Below, one piece after another: positions 37,890 to 49,059 of a DNA stretch of 64,000 bases; the stretch's first letter is position 1; each line of letters begins with the position of its first letter. The stretch is taken from NCBI GenBank assembly GCA_038142205.1, contig JAYQJO010000001.1:2553659-2617658 (forward strand), read 5' to 3'. The notes beneath the pieces were generated by a model that worked only from the letters and a program-made list of their open reading frames with translations, had not been told where the DNA came from and searched no databases. A program made the translations under genes and the position numbers. The DNA comes from Pseudomonadota bacterium. GTDB lineage: Bacteria > Pseudomonadota > Gammaproteobacteria > Eutrophobiales > Eutrophobiaceae.

Positions 37890-38477
37890 ATGCGTATTAT
37901 TAAACTATTCCTAATTATTACTTTCAGTTTGTCTATTTCGGCTGAAACGGTCTATAAAACGCGTGATGCGGAAGGTAATATCAGTTTTTCAGATGTAGCT
38001 ATGGAAGGTGCTGAAAAGATACAGATTCAGGAAGCACAAACACTGAATTTACCTATGCCAAAAAGGCAAAGTGAACGACCGGCGACAAAACTATCCCCGG
38101 CCACGATTAACTATAGCCAATTTAAAATTATTAATCCGGAACATGACAGCACCATTCATAGTAATGAAGGTACGGTCAATATTTCTTCAACATTAAACCC
38201 TGCGTTAGATGAAAAGCATGCTATCGTTTTTCTTATGGATGGAAAAGAAGTTAGTAAAGGTAAATCTTTGCAATTGTCTTTGAGCAATCTAAATCGAGGT
38301 ACACATGGTGTGACAGCTATGATTAAAGATGAAAAAGATAACGTTTTAAAGCAATCAAACAAGATAACGTTTCATCTTCGTAAAGCATCAAAATTATTTA
38401 AAAACCGGGTTAACAACGAAGTCGCTAATTCAGCGGATAACCCTACGCCTGCAGCGCCAGATGTTCCTGCATTGTAA
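37890..38477 (+). CDS. DUF4124 domain protein
   Basis: Start at ATG 37890, with a signal peptide. ETVYKTRDAEGNISFSD is the DUF4124 signature. Confidence 0.7.
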   Translation: MRIIKLFLIITFSLSISAETVYKTRDAEGNISFSDVAMEGAEKIQIQEAQTLNLPMPKRQSERPATKLSPATINYSQFKIINPEHDSTIHSNEGTVNISSTLNPALDEKHAIVFLMDGKEVSKGKSLQLSLSNLNRGTHGVTAMIKDEKDNVLKQSNKITFHLRKASKLFKNRVNNEVANSADNPTPAAPDVPAL

Positions 38478-38500
38478 TAGTTTTAGAGAGGGCCTAACTC

Positions 38501-39007
38501 ATGTATGCTAAGCAAATGCGATTATTCATATCCGCTTTTCTGGTTTTTTTTATTCACTGCGCTATTGCAGAAACGATTTATAAAACCGTGGACGAAAATG
38601 GCAATGTTATCTTTACGGATAAGCCTTCGGAAGAAGCCGAAACAATAAAAATTCAGGAATTGGAAAATACCATCGATAATCCAAATCCTGCGAAATACAA
38701 ACCAAGCGCTTCAAAGCCTGAAAGTTTTAGTTATAGAAGCTTTACCGTTATGAATCCTGAAAATGGTGCTGCAGTTCGAAGTAACAATGGTAATGTGAGT
38801 ATTTCTCTGAGTCTGGAACCTGCACTTAACCCGGGCCACAAAATCGTTATTTCAATGGACGGAAAGCAGATCGGTACCGGTTTTAGTGTTTCATTGCAAA
38901 ATGTTGATCGAGGTACGCACAGTATTAGTGCTAAGGTTGTTGATAGCGATGGAAAATCATTGATATCGACGTTTAGTAGTTTTTCTCTTCTACGCGCAAC
39001 TCAATAA
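38501..39007 (+). CDS. DUF4124 domain protein (tandem paralogue)
   Basis: 168 aa with ETIYKTVDENGNVIFTD. The C-terminal half is also similar to the preceding gene (..NRGTHGVTA.. versus ..DRGTHSISA..). Confidence 0.7.
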   Translation: MYAKQMRLFISAFLVFFIHCAIAETIYKTVDENGNVIFTDKPSEEAETIKIQELENTIDNPNPAKYKPSASKPESFSYRSFTVMNPENGAAVRSNNGNVSISLSLEPALNPGHKIVISMDGKQIGTGFSVSLQNVDRGTHSISAKVVDSDGKSLISTFSSFSLLRATQ

Positions 39008-39185
39008 GCTTTTCAAACGTAGTAACAGTAAATCTTTCAGATTAATCCTTCTGCAGCGAAGCTGGTCTGCTTCTTGCTCTACTCTGCTTAGTACAAAATA
39101 ATTAAAAACAATTTCTTTATAACCCATTGTTTTTAAGTATATAAAGAATTTGTTAAACATTTAGGCGGGATTAAAACGTGAAAAA

Positions 39186-39202
39186 CGCACTAAAACAGTG
39201 CA
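39186..39202. promoter_or_regulatory. NtrC-type site CGCACTAAAACAGTGCA just upstream of ntrB
   Basis: The context AAAAACGCACTAAAACAGTGCA is 20/22 identical to the glnII enhancer repeats. It ends 14 nt before ATG 39217. Confidence 0.65.
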
Positions 39203-39216
39203 ATAATGAGCAGATT

Positions 39217-40284
39217 ATGAATGTATCCTCTGAAACACATCTGCGGATAATCGATAATCTTACGACAGCTGTCTTGTTGTTTGATAAAGATCTTAGGTTA
39301 CAGTTTATTAATAGCGCAGCTGAAGGTTTGCTGTATGTTAGTCATAAACGTGTCGCAGGGATGACGCCAAAACAGATTTGGCCTACATCTTCATTTTTCT
39401 ATGAAGCGATTCATCGCGCGCTTATTTCAGGAGGCACTTGCATTGAACGTGGTGTTGATTTGATTTTAGGTATCAATCAAGCCATCAAGGTGGACTGCAT
39501 GATTACGCCTATTGTAGTGCAGGATGAAGCCGAAGAAATTTTGGTTGAGATAGTTGATGCTGATGCATTTGTGCGTGTCATGCAGGAAACACGTCAGCAA
39601 ACTATTCAGCAAGCAGCAAAAGAATCTGTTCAAGGAATGGCGCATGAAATTAAAAATCCTTTAGGCGGTATTCGCGGAGCAGCGCAGTTACTGGAAGCTG
39701 AATTAAAAGACGATGAGCTATGTGAGTACACGCAAATCATTATTAATGAGTCTGATCGCTTGAGAAACTTTATTGATCGCATGCTGACGACCAGCGGTCA
39801 ACCTGTGAAATCAAGCATGAATATCCATGAAGTACTCGGATATGTACTTTCGATTGTTTATGCCGAAAATACAAACTCAAAGAATATTATCAAAGATTAT
39901 GATCCGAGCCTCCCTGATATGAACGCTGATCGCGAGCAAATTATTCAGGCAGTACTAAACTTAATTCGCAATGCTGTTCAAGCGATTGGAGACAATGGAT
40001 CTATTACATTAAAGACGCGCATTCGTAGGAATGTAACCATTCAACACAAACTAAACCGATACGTTCTCGAACTCAATATTATTGATGATGGCCCCGGTGT
40101 TCCTAAAGAAATAGAGTCAGGTGTTTTTTATCCTTTGGTTACGGGGCGAGCAGAAGGTAGCGGTCTGGGTTTATCCATTGCCCAACAACTTATTCAATCT
40201 CATGGTGGTTTAATTAATTATGAACGAAAAGAAGATAACAGCTATTTCACCATTCTACTGCCAATCGGATATGGCGATGAATGA
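39217..40284 (+). CDS. ntrB: nitrogen regulation sensor histidine kinase NtrB
   Basis: Start set at ATG 39217, giving 355 aa. It has a PAS domain, the H-box HEIKNPLGGIRGAAQLL and N/G boxes. The ORF-track GTG 39178 start would include the NtrC site. Confidence 0.88.
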   Translation: MNVSSETHLRIIDNLTTAVLLFDKDLRLQFINSAAEGLLYVSHKRVAGMTPKQIWPTSSFFYEAIHRALISGGTCIERGVDLILGINQAIKVDCMITPIVVQDEAEEILVEIVDADAFVRVMQETRQQTIQQAAKESVQGMAHEIKNPLGGIRGAAQLLEAELKDDELCEYTQIIINESDRLRNFIDRMLTTSGQPVKSSMNIHEVLGYVLSIVYAENTNSKNIIKDYDPSLPDMNADREQIIQAVLNLIRNAVQAIGDNGSITLKTRIRRNVTIQHKLNRYVLELNIIDDGPGVPKEIESGVFYPLVTGRAEGSGLGLSIAQQLIQSHGGLINYERKEDNSYFTILLPIGYGDE

Positions 40285-41680
40285 AACTCAAAAAGTCTGG
40301 ATAGTTGATGACGATAAATCAATTCGTTGGGTTTTGGAAAAAGCATTGCAAAAAACTGATGTAGAAATTCAGAGTTTTTCCAGTCCCGAAGAAGTCTTAA
40401 AAAAAATAAACCATGAAGAACCGGATGTTGTTATTTCTGACATTCGTATGCCCGGTATGGATGGCATCTCGCTACTCGAACAAATCAAACAACATTCACC
40501 CGATATTCCGGTCATTATTATGACTGCCTACTCTGACTTGGATCGAGCGGTCTCCGCATTCCAGGGTGGAGCCTATGAGTATCTTTCAAAACCTTTTGAT
40601 GTTGATGAAGTGGTGAGTCTGGTTAAAAAAGCGATAACGCATAAACAAAGTAATACTACAGTACCGGCAGTTGAAACTGCTGAAGAGGATACAGCGATTA
40701 TTGGTTCGGCACCGGCTATGCAGGAAGTCTTTAAAGCAATTGGACGCTTATCCAATTCTCACTTTACCGTTTTAATTACTGGTGAATCAGGAACAGGTAA
40801 AGAGCTTGTTGCCAGTGCTTTACATCTGCACAGCCCGAGATCGAGCCATCCTTTTATTGCGATTAATACAGCCGCTATTCCAAAAGACTTACTTGAATCA
40901 GAGTTGTTTGGTCATGAGAAAGGTGCATTCACAGGTGCTAATAATCAGCGTATTGGGCGCTTTGAACAAGCGAATAATGGCACATTATTTCTCGATGAAA
41001 TTGGTGATATGCCAGCGGATTTACAAACGCGCTTGTTACGTATATTAGCTGAAGGGGAGTTTTATCGTGTCGGCGGTCATGTCCCCATAAAAGTGAATGT
41101 GCGGGTCATTGCTGCAACTCACCAGAATTTGGAGCAGCTAGTTAAAGAAGGGAAGTTTCGCGAAGATTTATTACATCGGTTAAATGTAATAAGAGTACAC
41201 GTGCCAGCGTTACGGGAAAGAAGAACGGATATTGTTGAATTGACTAATCACTTTTTAAAATCTGCTGCAATTGAGCTGGGTGAAGAAACAAAACAACTTC
41301 TATCTGAAACAGAAGAGTATCTCATGCAATTACCTTGGCCAGGTAATGTCAGGCAGTTGGAAAATTTTTGTCGCTGGGTGACGGTAATGGCGTCGGGTGG
41401 AGAGATTCATATTGATGATTTACCACCTGAGTTGAGACAGGACACGGACGTAACGGAGGTTTCTGGTGAGTGGGAAGCGACCCTGAGGAAATGGGCTGAG
41501 TCGAGTTTATCAAAAGGTGACTCGGAATTATTGCGTAGTGCTGTACCAAAGTTCGAAGCTATCCTGATCGAAGAAGCGCTAAAAAAATCCGGTGGTCGCC
41601 GCCAGGATGCAGCAAAACTACTGGGTTGGGGACGCAATACACTGACGCGAAAGATAAAACAGCTTAATTTAGATCTATAA
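40277..41680 (+). CDS. ntrC: nitrogen regulation response regulator NtrC (sigma54 activator)
   Basis: It begins MNETQKVWIVDDDKSIRWVLEKAL (receiver domain). It also has the AAA+ motifs GESGTGKE and GAFTGA and a C-terminal HTH. The start overlaps the ntrB stop. ATG 40271 is also possible. Confidence 0.92.
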   Translation: MNETQKVWIVDDDKSIRWVLEKALQKTDVEIQSFSSPEEVLKKINHEEPDVVISDIRMPGMDGISLLEQIKQHSPDIPVIIMTAYSDLDRAVSAFQGGAYEYLSKPFDVDEVVSLVKKAITHKQSNTTVPAVETAEEDTAIIGSAPAMQEVFKAIGRLSNSHFTVLITGESGTGKELVASALHLHSPRSSHPFIAINTAAIPKDLLESELFGHEKGAFTGANNQRIGRFEQANNGTLFLDEIGDMPADLQTRLLRILAEGEFYRVGGHVPIKVNVRVIAATHQNLEQLVKEGKFREDLLHRLNVIRVHVPALRERRTDIVELTNHFLKSAAIELGEETKQLLSETEEYLMQLPWPGNVRQLENFCRWVTVMASGGEIHIDDLPPELRQDTDVTEVSGEWEATLRKWAESSLSKGDSELLRSAVPKFEAILIEEALKKSGGRRQDAAKLLGWGRNTLTRKIKQLNLDL

Positions 41681-41849
41681 TTTTATTAAAGGTAATCGCA
41701 GTAGAAAAATACGTACTAAAATAGATTTTTTATTATGAGAGAAAGGAAGCTCTGCACGGAGAAACGGAGTGTATAAGTAATACATGAGAGATACTGCTCT
41801 TTAGGTATTCAAACACAAAGCTGACGAAGCTATTGCGATAAAAGCTATT

Positions 41850-42869
<1,020 letters not shown>

Positions 42870-42970
42870 TTACTGAATTTATAGTAAATTTTATAGTCTA
42901 TGTAAAAAGTGAATAAACTCTAGTGTAACCTAAAATCCAGATAGCACCATAATAAAGACATCAGACCGTA

Positions 42971-43792
42971 ATGGATTATTTCCAGTCATTTTTTATTGAA
43001 CATCAAGCTGAATTGAGAATGTACAGTTTTGTCGTTCTAATTTTATTCTTTGCCGGACTTGAGTTAGTCTGGCCAAGACGAGTAGCTGATAAAAACTCTA
43101 AGTACAGACGCATAAATAATCTCTTGTTATTGAGTATTAATTTTATTGCTGTTTATTTACTGGTTCCTTTGGCAACGTTTGAAGCGGCTTTATTCGCATA
43201 CAAAAACGAGATTGGCTTGTTAAACTCTGTTTCGTTACCGTTATTTTTGAATGTGATTTTAACGATTATCATTTTTGATTTTCTGATCTATCTCCAACAT
43301 GTCGTTGTGCATAAATTCAGCTTCCTTTGGAAAATTCACCGAGTACACCATACTGATCTGGAGTTTGATGTGACGACAGGCATTCGTTTTCACCCTGTCG
43401 AAATTGTTTTGTCCATGTTTTATAAACTGGCAGTAGTTTATCTTATTGGCCCGGTAGCATTTGCCATTATTTTATATGAGATAGCGTTAAATGCAGCAGC
43501 ATTATTTGGGCATAGTAATATATTCCTTAATCAGAAATTTGATCGCATTCTAAGAACAATATTTGTCACACCGGATATGCATCGCATTCATCACTCGGTT
43601 GTTAGGCATGAAACAGACAGTAATTACGGCAATATATTTTCAATTTGGGATAAACTATTCAAAACTTATCGTGCCTTACCAGAAGCGGGATATAACGATA
43701 TGGTAATCGGACTCGATAATTTCCGTGATCCTGAATCAGGACAAGTATTCCAATTATTAAAAAATCCATTCGTAAAGAGTAATAAACTATGA
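42971..43792 (+). CDS. fatty acid hydroxylase / sterol desaturase superfamily membrane protein
   Basis: 273 aa with His boxes HKFSFLWKIHRVHH and HRIHH and several TM segments. Confidence 0.75.
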   Translation: MDYFQSFFIEHQAELRMYSFVVLILFFAGLELVWPRRVADKNSKYRRINNLLLLSINFIAVYLLVPLATFEAALFAYKNEIGLLNSVSLPLFLNVILTIIIFDFLIYLQHVVVHKFSFLWKIHRVHHTDLEFDVTTGIRFHPVEIVLSMFYKLAVVYLIGPVAFAIILYEIALNAAALFGHSNIFLNQKFDRILRTIFVTPDMHRIHHSVVRHETDSNYGNIFSIWDKLFKTYRALPEAGYNDMVIGLDNFRDPESGQVFQLLKNPFVKSNKL

Positions 43793-44910
43793 ATCAAGAA
43801 AATGCAGTTTTAGAACGTTATACAGAAGGCGCAAATGAAAGGCAGGAAGCATTATGTTGCCCGGTAGATTATCAAACAGATCTGTTGAAAATATTACCGG
43901 CAGAAATTATTGAAAAAGATTATGGTTGTGGAGATCCATCACGTTATGTTCATGAAGGCGATACTGTACTCGATCTGGGTAGTGGTAGCGGCAAGATATG
44001 TTATATGGCAGCGCAACTTGTTGGTGATGAAGGGAAGATCATTGGCGTTGATATGAATGATGATATGTTGTCTTTAGCCAGAAAATTTCAGACAGAAATG
44101 GCAACAAAAATAGGTAATGATCGGGTGCAGTTTTTAAAAGGCAAGATTCAGGATCTTGCTCTGGATATTGATGCGATGGAAGCATGGTTAAAATCAAATC
44201 CAGTAACCAATGCTGATCAATTATCACAATTAGAAAATTGGAAGCGTAAACAAATACAAGATACGCCATTAATTCCAGATAATTCTGTTGACCTGGTTAT
44301 ATCAAATTGTGTTTTAAATCTTGTGAGTGATGTTGAGAAACAGCAACTGGTTAATGAAATATTTCGAGTTGTGAAGCCAGGTGGGCGTATTGCTATTTCC
44401 GATATTATCAGTGACGAATTTATTCCTGATCACTTAAAAGCAGATGAACAATTGTGGAGTGGCTGCATTTCGGGTGCATTTCAGGAACTGGAAATGCTGG
44501 ATATGTTTCAGCAAGCAGGCTTTGTTGCGGTATCGTATGATAAATGGGCAGATGCGCCATGGCAGGTAGTTGAAGGTATTGAATTTCGTTCAGCTACTTT
44601 AACTGCGATCAAACGAGAACAAGTCGATTGTATTGATAAGGGCCATGCCGCTATCTACCGTGGTCCATTCAGTTTTGTTGTCGATGATGAAGGTCATGAA
44701 TTTCCGCGTGGCGAAAGAATGGCTGTTTGTGAACGGACATTTAATGTGTTGAGTAATGAACCGTATAAAGACAGCTTCATAGGGATTACACCTGCGAATG
44801 AGCAGGAAGGGAAAGCTTGGTGTGCACCTGCTGGAACTCGACGCCCGGTTTCTGAAACCAAACAGGCAAATTTTTCCAGCAGTGATAAGTCATCGGGTTC
44901 CTGTTGTTAA
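43789..44910 (+). CDS. ArsM/AS3MT-family SAM-dependent methyltransferase
   Basis: 373 aa with DYGCG, VLDLGSGSG, SNCVLNL, LWSGC and a C-terminal GSCC, resembling arsenite methyltransferases. Its ATG overlaps the upstream stop (ATGA). Confidence 0.7.
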   Translation: MNQENAVLERYTEGANERQEALCCPVDYQTDLLKILPAEIIEKDYGCGDPSRYVHEGDTVLDLGSGSGKICYMAAQLVGDEGKIIGVDMNDDMLSLARKFQTEMATKIGNDRVQFLKGKIQDLALDIDAMEAWLKSNPVTNADQLSQLENWKRKQIQDTPLIPDNSVDLVISNCVLNLVSDVEKQQLVNEIFRVVKPGGRIAISDIISDEFIPDHLKADEQLWSGCISGAFQELEMLDMFQQAGFVAVSYDKWADAPWQVVEGIEFRSATLTAIKREQVDCIDKGHAAIYRGPFSFVVDDEGHEFPRGERMAVCERTFNVLSNEPYKDSFIGITPANEQEGKAWCAPAGTRRPVSETKQANFSSSDKSSGSCC

Positions 44911-44967
44911 AATAATGAGACAAACTGTTCAATAATCTTATTGAACAACTTATATTTTAGTTTATAT

Positions 44968-44992
44968 AGCGCGGCATTAGTCGCGCTTTTTT
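44968..44992 (+). terminator. rho-independent terminator
   Basis: Stem AGCGCG/CGCGCT with an 8-nt loop, followed by T6. Confidence 0.6.
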
Positions 44993-45332
44993 GTATTGGA
45001 ATAAATCATTGGAAGATGCACGGTATTGTTTTTCTTAATGCTTCTTGTCTTTCAACGAAGTGACTATGAAGTTGTTGTTATAAACTTTTTTCTATTAATT
45101 TTCTGGTCTGTCGCCTATCATTTCATTGCTATATGAACATAAAAAATAGGGAGTTAATCATTTGAACCACGCAATGTGTATAGTCTTATTGATTATAATT
45201 CATTACTTGTTGTCGTCCTGTGCCAGATTAGATGCTGATGTAATTCAAGCAGGCAGGTAATACTGAAGGTTTGACACCAGTACTCACTATACCTATCGGT
45301 CAGTAAGATACTTCTCATTTTAATATTGTTTT

Positions 45333-45848
45333 ATGAATCAAATGAAAGAAGAACAACCCAGTGCCGCAGTGGCTCTAGTGGTAACACGTGAATCGCCATC
45401 TATTTTATTAGTGCGCAGGGCTGAACATCCTTTAGACCCTTGGTCAGGTCACTGGGCTTTTCCCGGTGGTCGAGTGGAAGAGTCGGATGAGGATCTGTTG
45501 GCAACTTGTCAACGGGAAGTTTTTGAAGAGTGTGGCTGTCATTTAAGTATGGAACATTATCAATATGCCTTACCTTTTTCCAAAGCAGGTCGTTTAAATA
45601 AGCAGCCTGTCCTTGTTGCACCGTTTTTATGGATGATTCCGAAAAGGGTTGAATTGCAACTTGATGAATCCGAGATTGCTACAGCTCATTGGCAGGAACT
45701 TTCTTTTCTGTCTGATCCAGCTAATCACAATATCGGTGTAATCGCTCCGAAATACAGTGATCGAGAATTTCCTTATATTACTGTAGGAGATACACCGTTA
45801 TGGGGTTTCACTTATAAGGTTTTGATGAACTATTTAAATGAATTTTAA
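45333..45848 (+). CDS. NUDIX hydrolase
   Basis: 171 aa with the Nudix box GGRVEESDEDLLATCQREVFEECG. Confidence 0.8.
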   Translation: MNQMKEEQPSAAVALVVTRESPSILLVRRAEHPLDPWSGHWAFPGGRVEESDEDLLATCQREVFEECGCHLSMEHYQYALPFSKAGRLNKQPVLVAPFLWMIPKRVELQLDESEIATAHWQELSFLSDPANHNIGVIAPKYSDREFPYITVGDTPLWGFTYKVLMNYLNEF

Positions 45849-46254
45849 AATATGTATTTATTCGCTATTTTTCGTAATAGCGTTGAACAAAACGAATTAA
45901 AATTTCCTGTGCATAATGCATTTTTTTGTCGTTAATTGTTCTGACCCATTTGGCTCGAAATAGCCATAATGCTTAGAAACTTAAATTCTAACGGCAAAAC
46001 TTTCTGGATCACCTTCAGGCTGTAGTTGCAAGATAAGAACAGGTCTAAAATTGAAATTATAACTATGAGTAATATTAAAATATAATCAAAAGCGCCATGT
46101 TATTTGCTTTAGTATTATATAAATTTCTCAGTAATGATTTGTCCTCAGTTGCTGGATAACATACTATTTTATTACGGTCGTATTGCAGGTGTACTATCTA
46201 TAGTACTTTTCTGCTGTTCTGACTTTTCTTATCAGAAATATTTGGGGAATCTTT

Positions 46255-47121
46255 ATGAGTGCAACATTAATTGATGGAAAGGCTATCTCAGCCGCAGTAA
46301 GACAGGAATGGAAAGAAAGGGCGGCTATACTCAAGACTAAGGGTGTTTTACCAGGTCTTGCCGTGATCATTGTCGGTGATAACCCCGCTTCAAAGCTTTA
46401 TGTAAATAATAAAATTAAGGCCTGTCATGAAGTGGGCCTACATTCTGAAGTGCATGATTTACCAGAAGATATTTCGGAAGAGATGCTACTTAATCTTATT
46501 GAAGAATTGAATCAGAAAGTGAAGATCAATGGCATATTGGTACAATTACCTTTGCCTGAGCATATTGACGAGAACAAGGTCCTGGAAACGATTAAACAAG
46601 AAAAGGATGTTGATGGTTTTCATCTTTATAATGTTGGTGCATTAATGACAGGCAATACGGTTTTTCCTCCTTGTACGCCTTTTGGTGTAATGCGGATGTT
46701 GAAATATTGTAATATCCCTATTGCGGGTCAAAATGCTGTTATTGTCGGTCGCAGTAATATTGTTGGTAAGCCGATGGCGATGTTGTTATTACAAGAAGAT
46801 GCTACTGTAACAATATGTACTTCAAAGACGCGGGATTTGGTAGATCATACCAAACGAGCTGATATTCTTGTTGTTGCTACCGGTCGTGCGGAAATGATTA
46901 AGGCTGAGCATGTTAAAGAAGGTGCGGTGGTTATTGATGTTGGTATCAATCGTCTTGATGATGGTCGGATAGTAGGCGATGTTGATTTTAATGATGTGAA
47001 AGAAGTAGCAGAGCAGATTACTCCGGTACCCGGCGGCGTTGGCCCGATGACCATTACCATGTTAGTTGCAAACACGGTGATGGCCGCAGAAAGAGATAGC
47101 GGTATCTCTGGCGTAGAATAA
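46255..47121 (+). CDS. folD: bifunctional methylene-THF dehydrogenase/methenyl-THF cyclohydrolase
   Basis: 288 aa beginning [12 protein letters not shown], with [18 protein letters not shown] and [10 protein letters not shown]. Confidence 0.93.
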   Translation: MSATLIDGKAISAAVRQEWKERAAILKTKGVLPGLAVIIVGDNPASKLYVNNKIKACHEVGLHSEVHDLPEDISEEMLLNLIEELNQKVKINGILVQLPLPEHIDENKVLETIKQEKDVDGFHLYNVGALMTGNTVFPPCTPFGVMRMLKYCNIPIAGQNAVIVGRSNIVGKPMAMLLLQEDATVTICTSKTRDLVDHTKRADILVVATGRAEMIKAEHVKEGAVVIDVGINRLDDGRIVGDVDFNDVKEVAEQITPVPGGVGPMTITMLVANTVMAAERDSGISGVE

Positions 47122-47138
47122 CTTTTTAAAAAATTATT

Positions 47139-47396
47139 CTATTCAGGTAATAAGTTATATAGCCACGCAAAAATAGCCCCGGCAATAGCCGCATCGACAA
47201 GTGCATATAAGGTTCCAATGATGACGCTGCTAATACCCTGCATTGCTTCGTAGCCAGGGTAAATTGAAGCGACAACGGTTAGAAAAATAATGCCATAAGT
47301 TGGCCAGATAAAATTCGCAAGGCTTATTATTAATATGGCTATGCCCCAGAGAATGCTGCAACTTAAAGCAAACTTTTTAATTGATAGTTTCATCAT
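47139..47396 (-). CDS. small membrane protein
   Basis: 85 aa with 3 hydrophobic segments. Confidence 0.5.
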   Translation of the reverse strand: MMKLSIKKFALSCSILWGIAILIISLANFIWPTYGIIFLTVVASIYPGYEAMQGISSVIIGTLYALVDAAIAGAIFAWLYNLLPE

Positions 47397-47421
47397 TAAA
47401 CAACCTCCTGAATCGAATAAC

Positions 47422-47664
47422 TCATGAGATGATTCTTAAGGCTAGATAAGGTGCAACATTAAAAAGAATGATACTTAACTTATAAAAAGCAATGCCGGCA
47501 TAGTGTATTGCATCAAACCGTTCTGTATTTAAGTAAAACCAACTTGTATGTATTTTATAAACCCAGTCATGGGCAAATATCATGAAGAAAACCCACCACA
47601 GTAGTAGTGCAATATTTAAAACAGCACACCACCCTAGAAACTGCGTAAGTAACTCTATAGACAT
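47422..47664 (-). CDS. small membrane protein
   Basis: Start set at ATG 47664, which has GGAGG 8 nt upstream. It gives 80 aa with 2-3 TM segments. Confidence 0.5.
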   Translation of the reverse strand: MSIELLTQFLGWCAVLNIALLLWWVFFMIFAHDWVYKIHTSWFYLNTERFDAIHYAGIAFYKLSIILFNVAPYLALRIIS

Positions 47665-47786
47665 AACAATACCTCCATTAGCAGTAATTAAGATACCCGG
47701 GTAAGGCATATAACCTGTTTAAAAGGTTTATATTTAAATATTAGAGCATTAGTTGCTTATTAGAAGGGAAAAAGAGATGTAAAAGG

Positions 47787-48506
47787 TTAATTTTTTGCGG
47801 GAGAAGGTAAGGATTGGGCTGTTGTATCTATCCAGCTTTCAACCTCTTTTGTTATTTGTTTCGCGTTTTTACCTTCAGATTCAATAACTGGGCCAATAAT
47901 AAATGTTATTTCACCTGGTTTTTTAATCATGCTGTTTCGAGGCCATAAATAACCGGCATTATGTGCGATTGGAACAATATTGGCATTGGATTTTTCTGCC
48001 AGCAAACCTCCGCCGGGCAGGTATTTTCCTTTCTTTCCGGGCGCAATGCGTGTTCCTTCCGGAAAGATAATAACCCATAAATTTAATTTTAAACGTTCGC
48101 AGCCTTGTTCAACGATTTGACGAAATGATTTAACTGCTGATCCTCGATCTATTGCAATCGGTTGCATTGATGCCAGTCCCCAGCCATAAATCGGGATCCG
48201 TAATAACTCTCGTTTTAGTATCCACACTTGTGGAACGAAGATAAGTTGTAATGCCAGCGTTTCAAAAGCAGATTGATGATTACACATGACAATGCATGGT
48301 TTCTCAGGAATATTATCCAGTCCTTCAATTTTGTATTTAACACCGCAACATAGTCTTAACCAATAAAGATTAAAGGCCGCCCAACGTGAAATTAGGTAAT
48401 AACGTGTTTCAAATTTTAGTGGAAAAATAATAACGCCGAGCGGCGCAAAGAACAGCGTACTAATGATTTGCCCAATGTAAAAAAACAGGGAACGAATAAA
48501 CAGCAT
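47787..48506 (-). CDS. plsC: 1-acyl-sn-glycerol-3-phosphate acyltransferase
   Basis: 239 aa with the NHQSAFE and FPEGTR blocks. Confidence 0.85.
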   Translation of the reverse strand: MLFIRSLFFYIGQIISTLFFAPLGVIIFPLKFETRYYLISRWAAFNLYWLRLCCGVKYKIEGLDNIPEKPCIVMCNHQSAFETLALQLIFVPQVWILKRELLRIPIYGWGLASMQPIAIDRGSAVKSFRQIVEQGCERLKLNLWVIIFPEGTRIAPGKKGKYLPGGGLLAEKSNANIVPIAHNAGYLWPRNSMIKKPGEITFIIGPVIESEGKNAKQITKEVESWIDTTAQSLPSPAKN

Positions 48507-49048
48507 TATTTTGAGTTAATAATTCTCTCGTTAACAAATGAAGCGAGGCTGTCATAAATTGGAATACCGTTTGGAACCAGACCTTGCTCAATTTCTGACT
48601 GACCTTTGCCTGTGCGAACGAGTATCGGTTTGCCGCCGGCACTTTGAGCTGCCTTAACGTCTGTCATTTTATCACCAACACAATAGACTTTATTTAAAGA
48701 GATGCGCAGTCGTTCCGAAATTTCATAATATAGCCCCGGTTTAGGTTTGCGACATTGGCAGTCGTCTTTTGGTAAATGCGGACAAAAGAAAATAGCATCA
48801 ATAACACCGCCGTATTGAGCTAGATGTGAGCTCATTTTTCTATGGATGGCATTTAGATCATCAATAGTAAATAATTTACGTCCGACACCGGATTGATTTG
48901 TCGCAATAACAATTTGATAACCGTTTTTTGATAACGTAGAAATAGCTTCAAGGCTACCTTCTATTGCTTGCCATTCTTGAGGAGACTTGATGTATTCATC
49001 AGAATCTTCATTAATAACACCATCGCGATCAAGAATAATAAGAGGCAT
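48506..49048 (-). CDS. gmhB: D-glycero-beta-D-manno-heptose-1,7-bisphosphate 7-phosphatase
   Basis: 180 aa with the HAD motif ILDRDGVIN and the Zn-site region CPHLPKDDCQCRKPKPG. Confidence 0.85.
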   Translation of the reverse strand: MPLIILDRDGVINEDSDEYIKSPQEWQAIEGSLEAISTLSKNGYQIVIATNQSGVGRKLFTIDDLNAIHRKMSSHLAQYGGVIDAIFFCPHLPKDDCQCRKPKPGLYYEISERLRISLNKVYCVGDKMTDVKAAQSAGGKPILVRTGKGQSEIEQGLVPNGIPIYDSLASFVNERIINSK

Positions 49049-49059
49049 AATTGTTTAGT

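Noticed and set aside
45174-45260. 28-aa lipoprotein-like micro-ORF (MCIVLLIIIHYLLSSCARLDADVIQAGR) in the 420-bp spacer
   Set aside because: It is too short and unsupported, and could be chance in AT-rich DNA.
45849-46254. Riboswitch (ZTP/pfl or THF) in the 400-bp leader of folD
   Set aside because: I could not find the conserved ZTP core (such as CCGCCTGGGC) or any convincing structured element by eye. An Rfam scan would be needed to exclude it.
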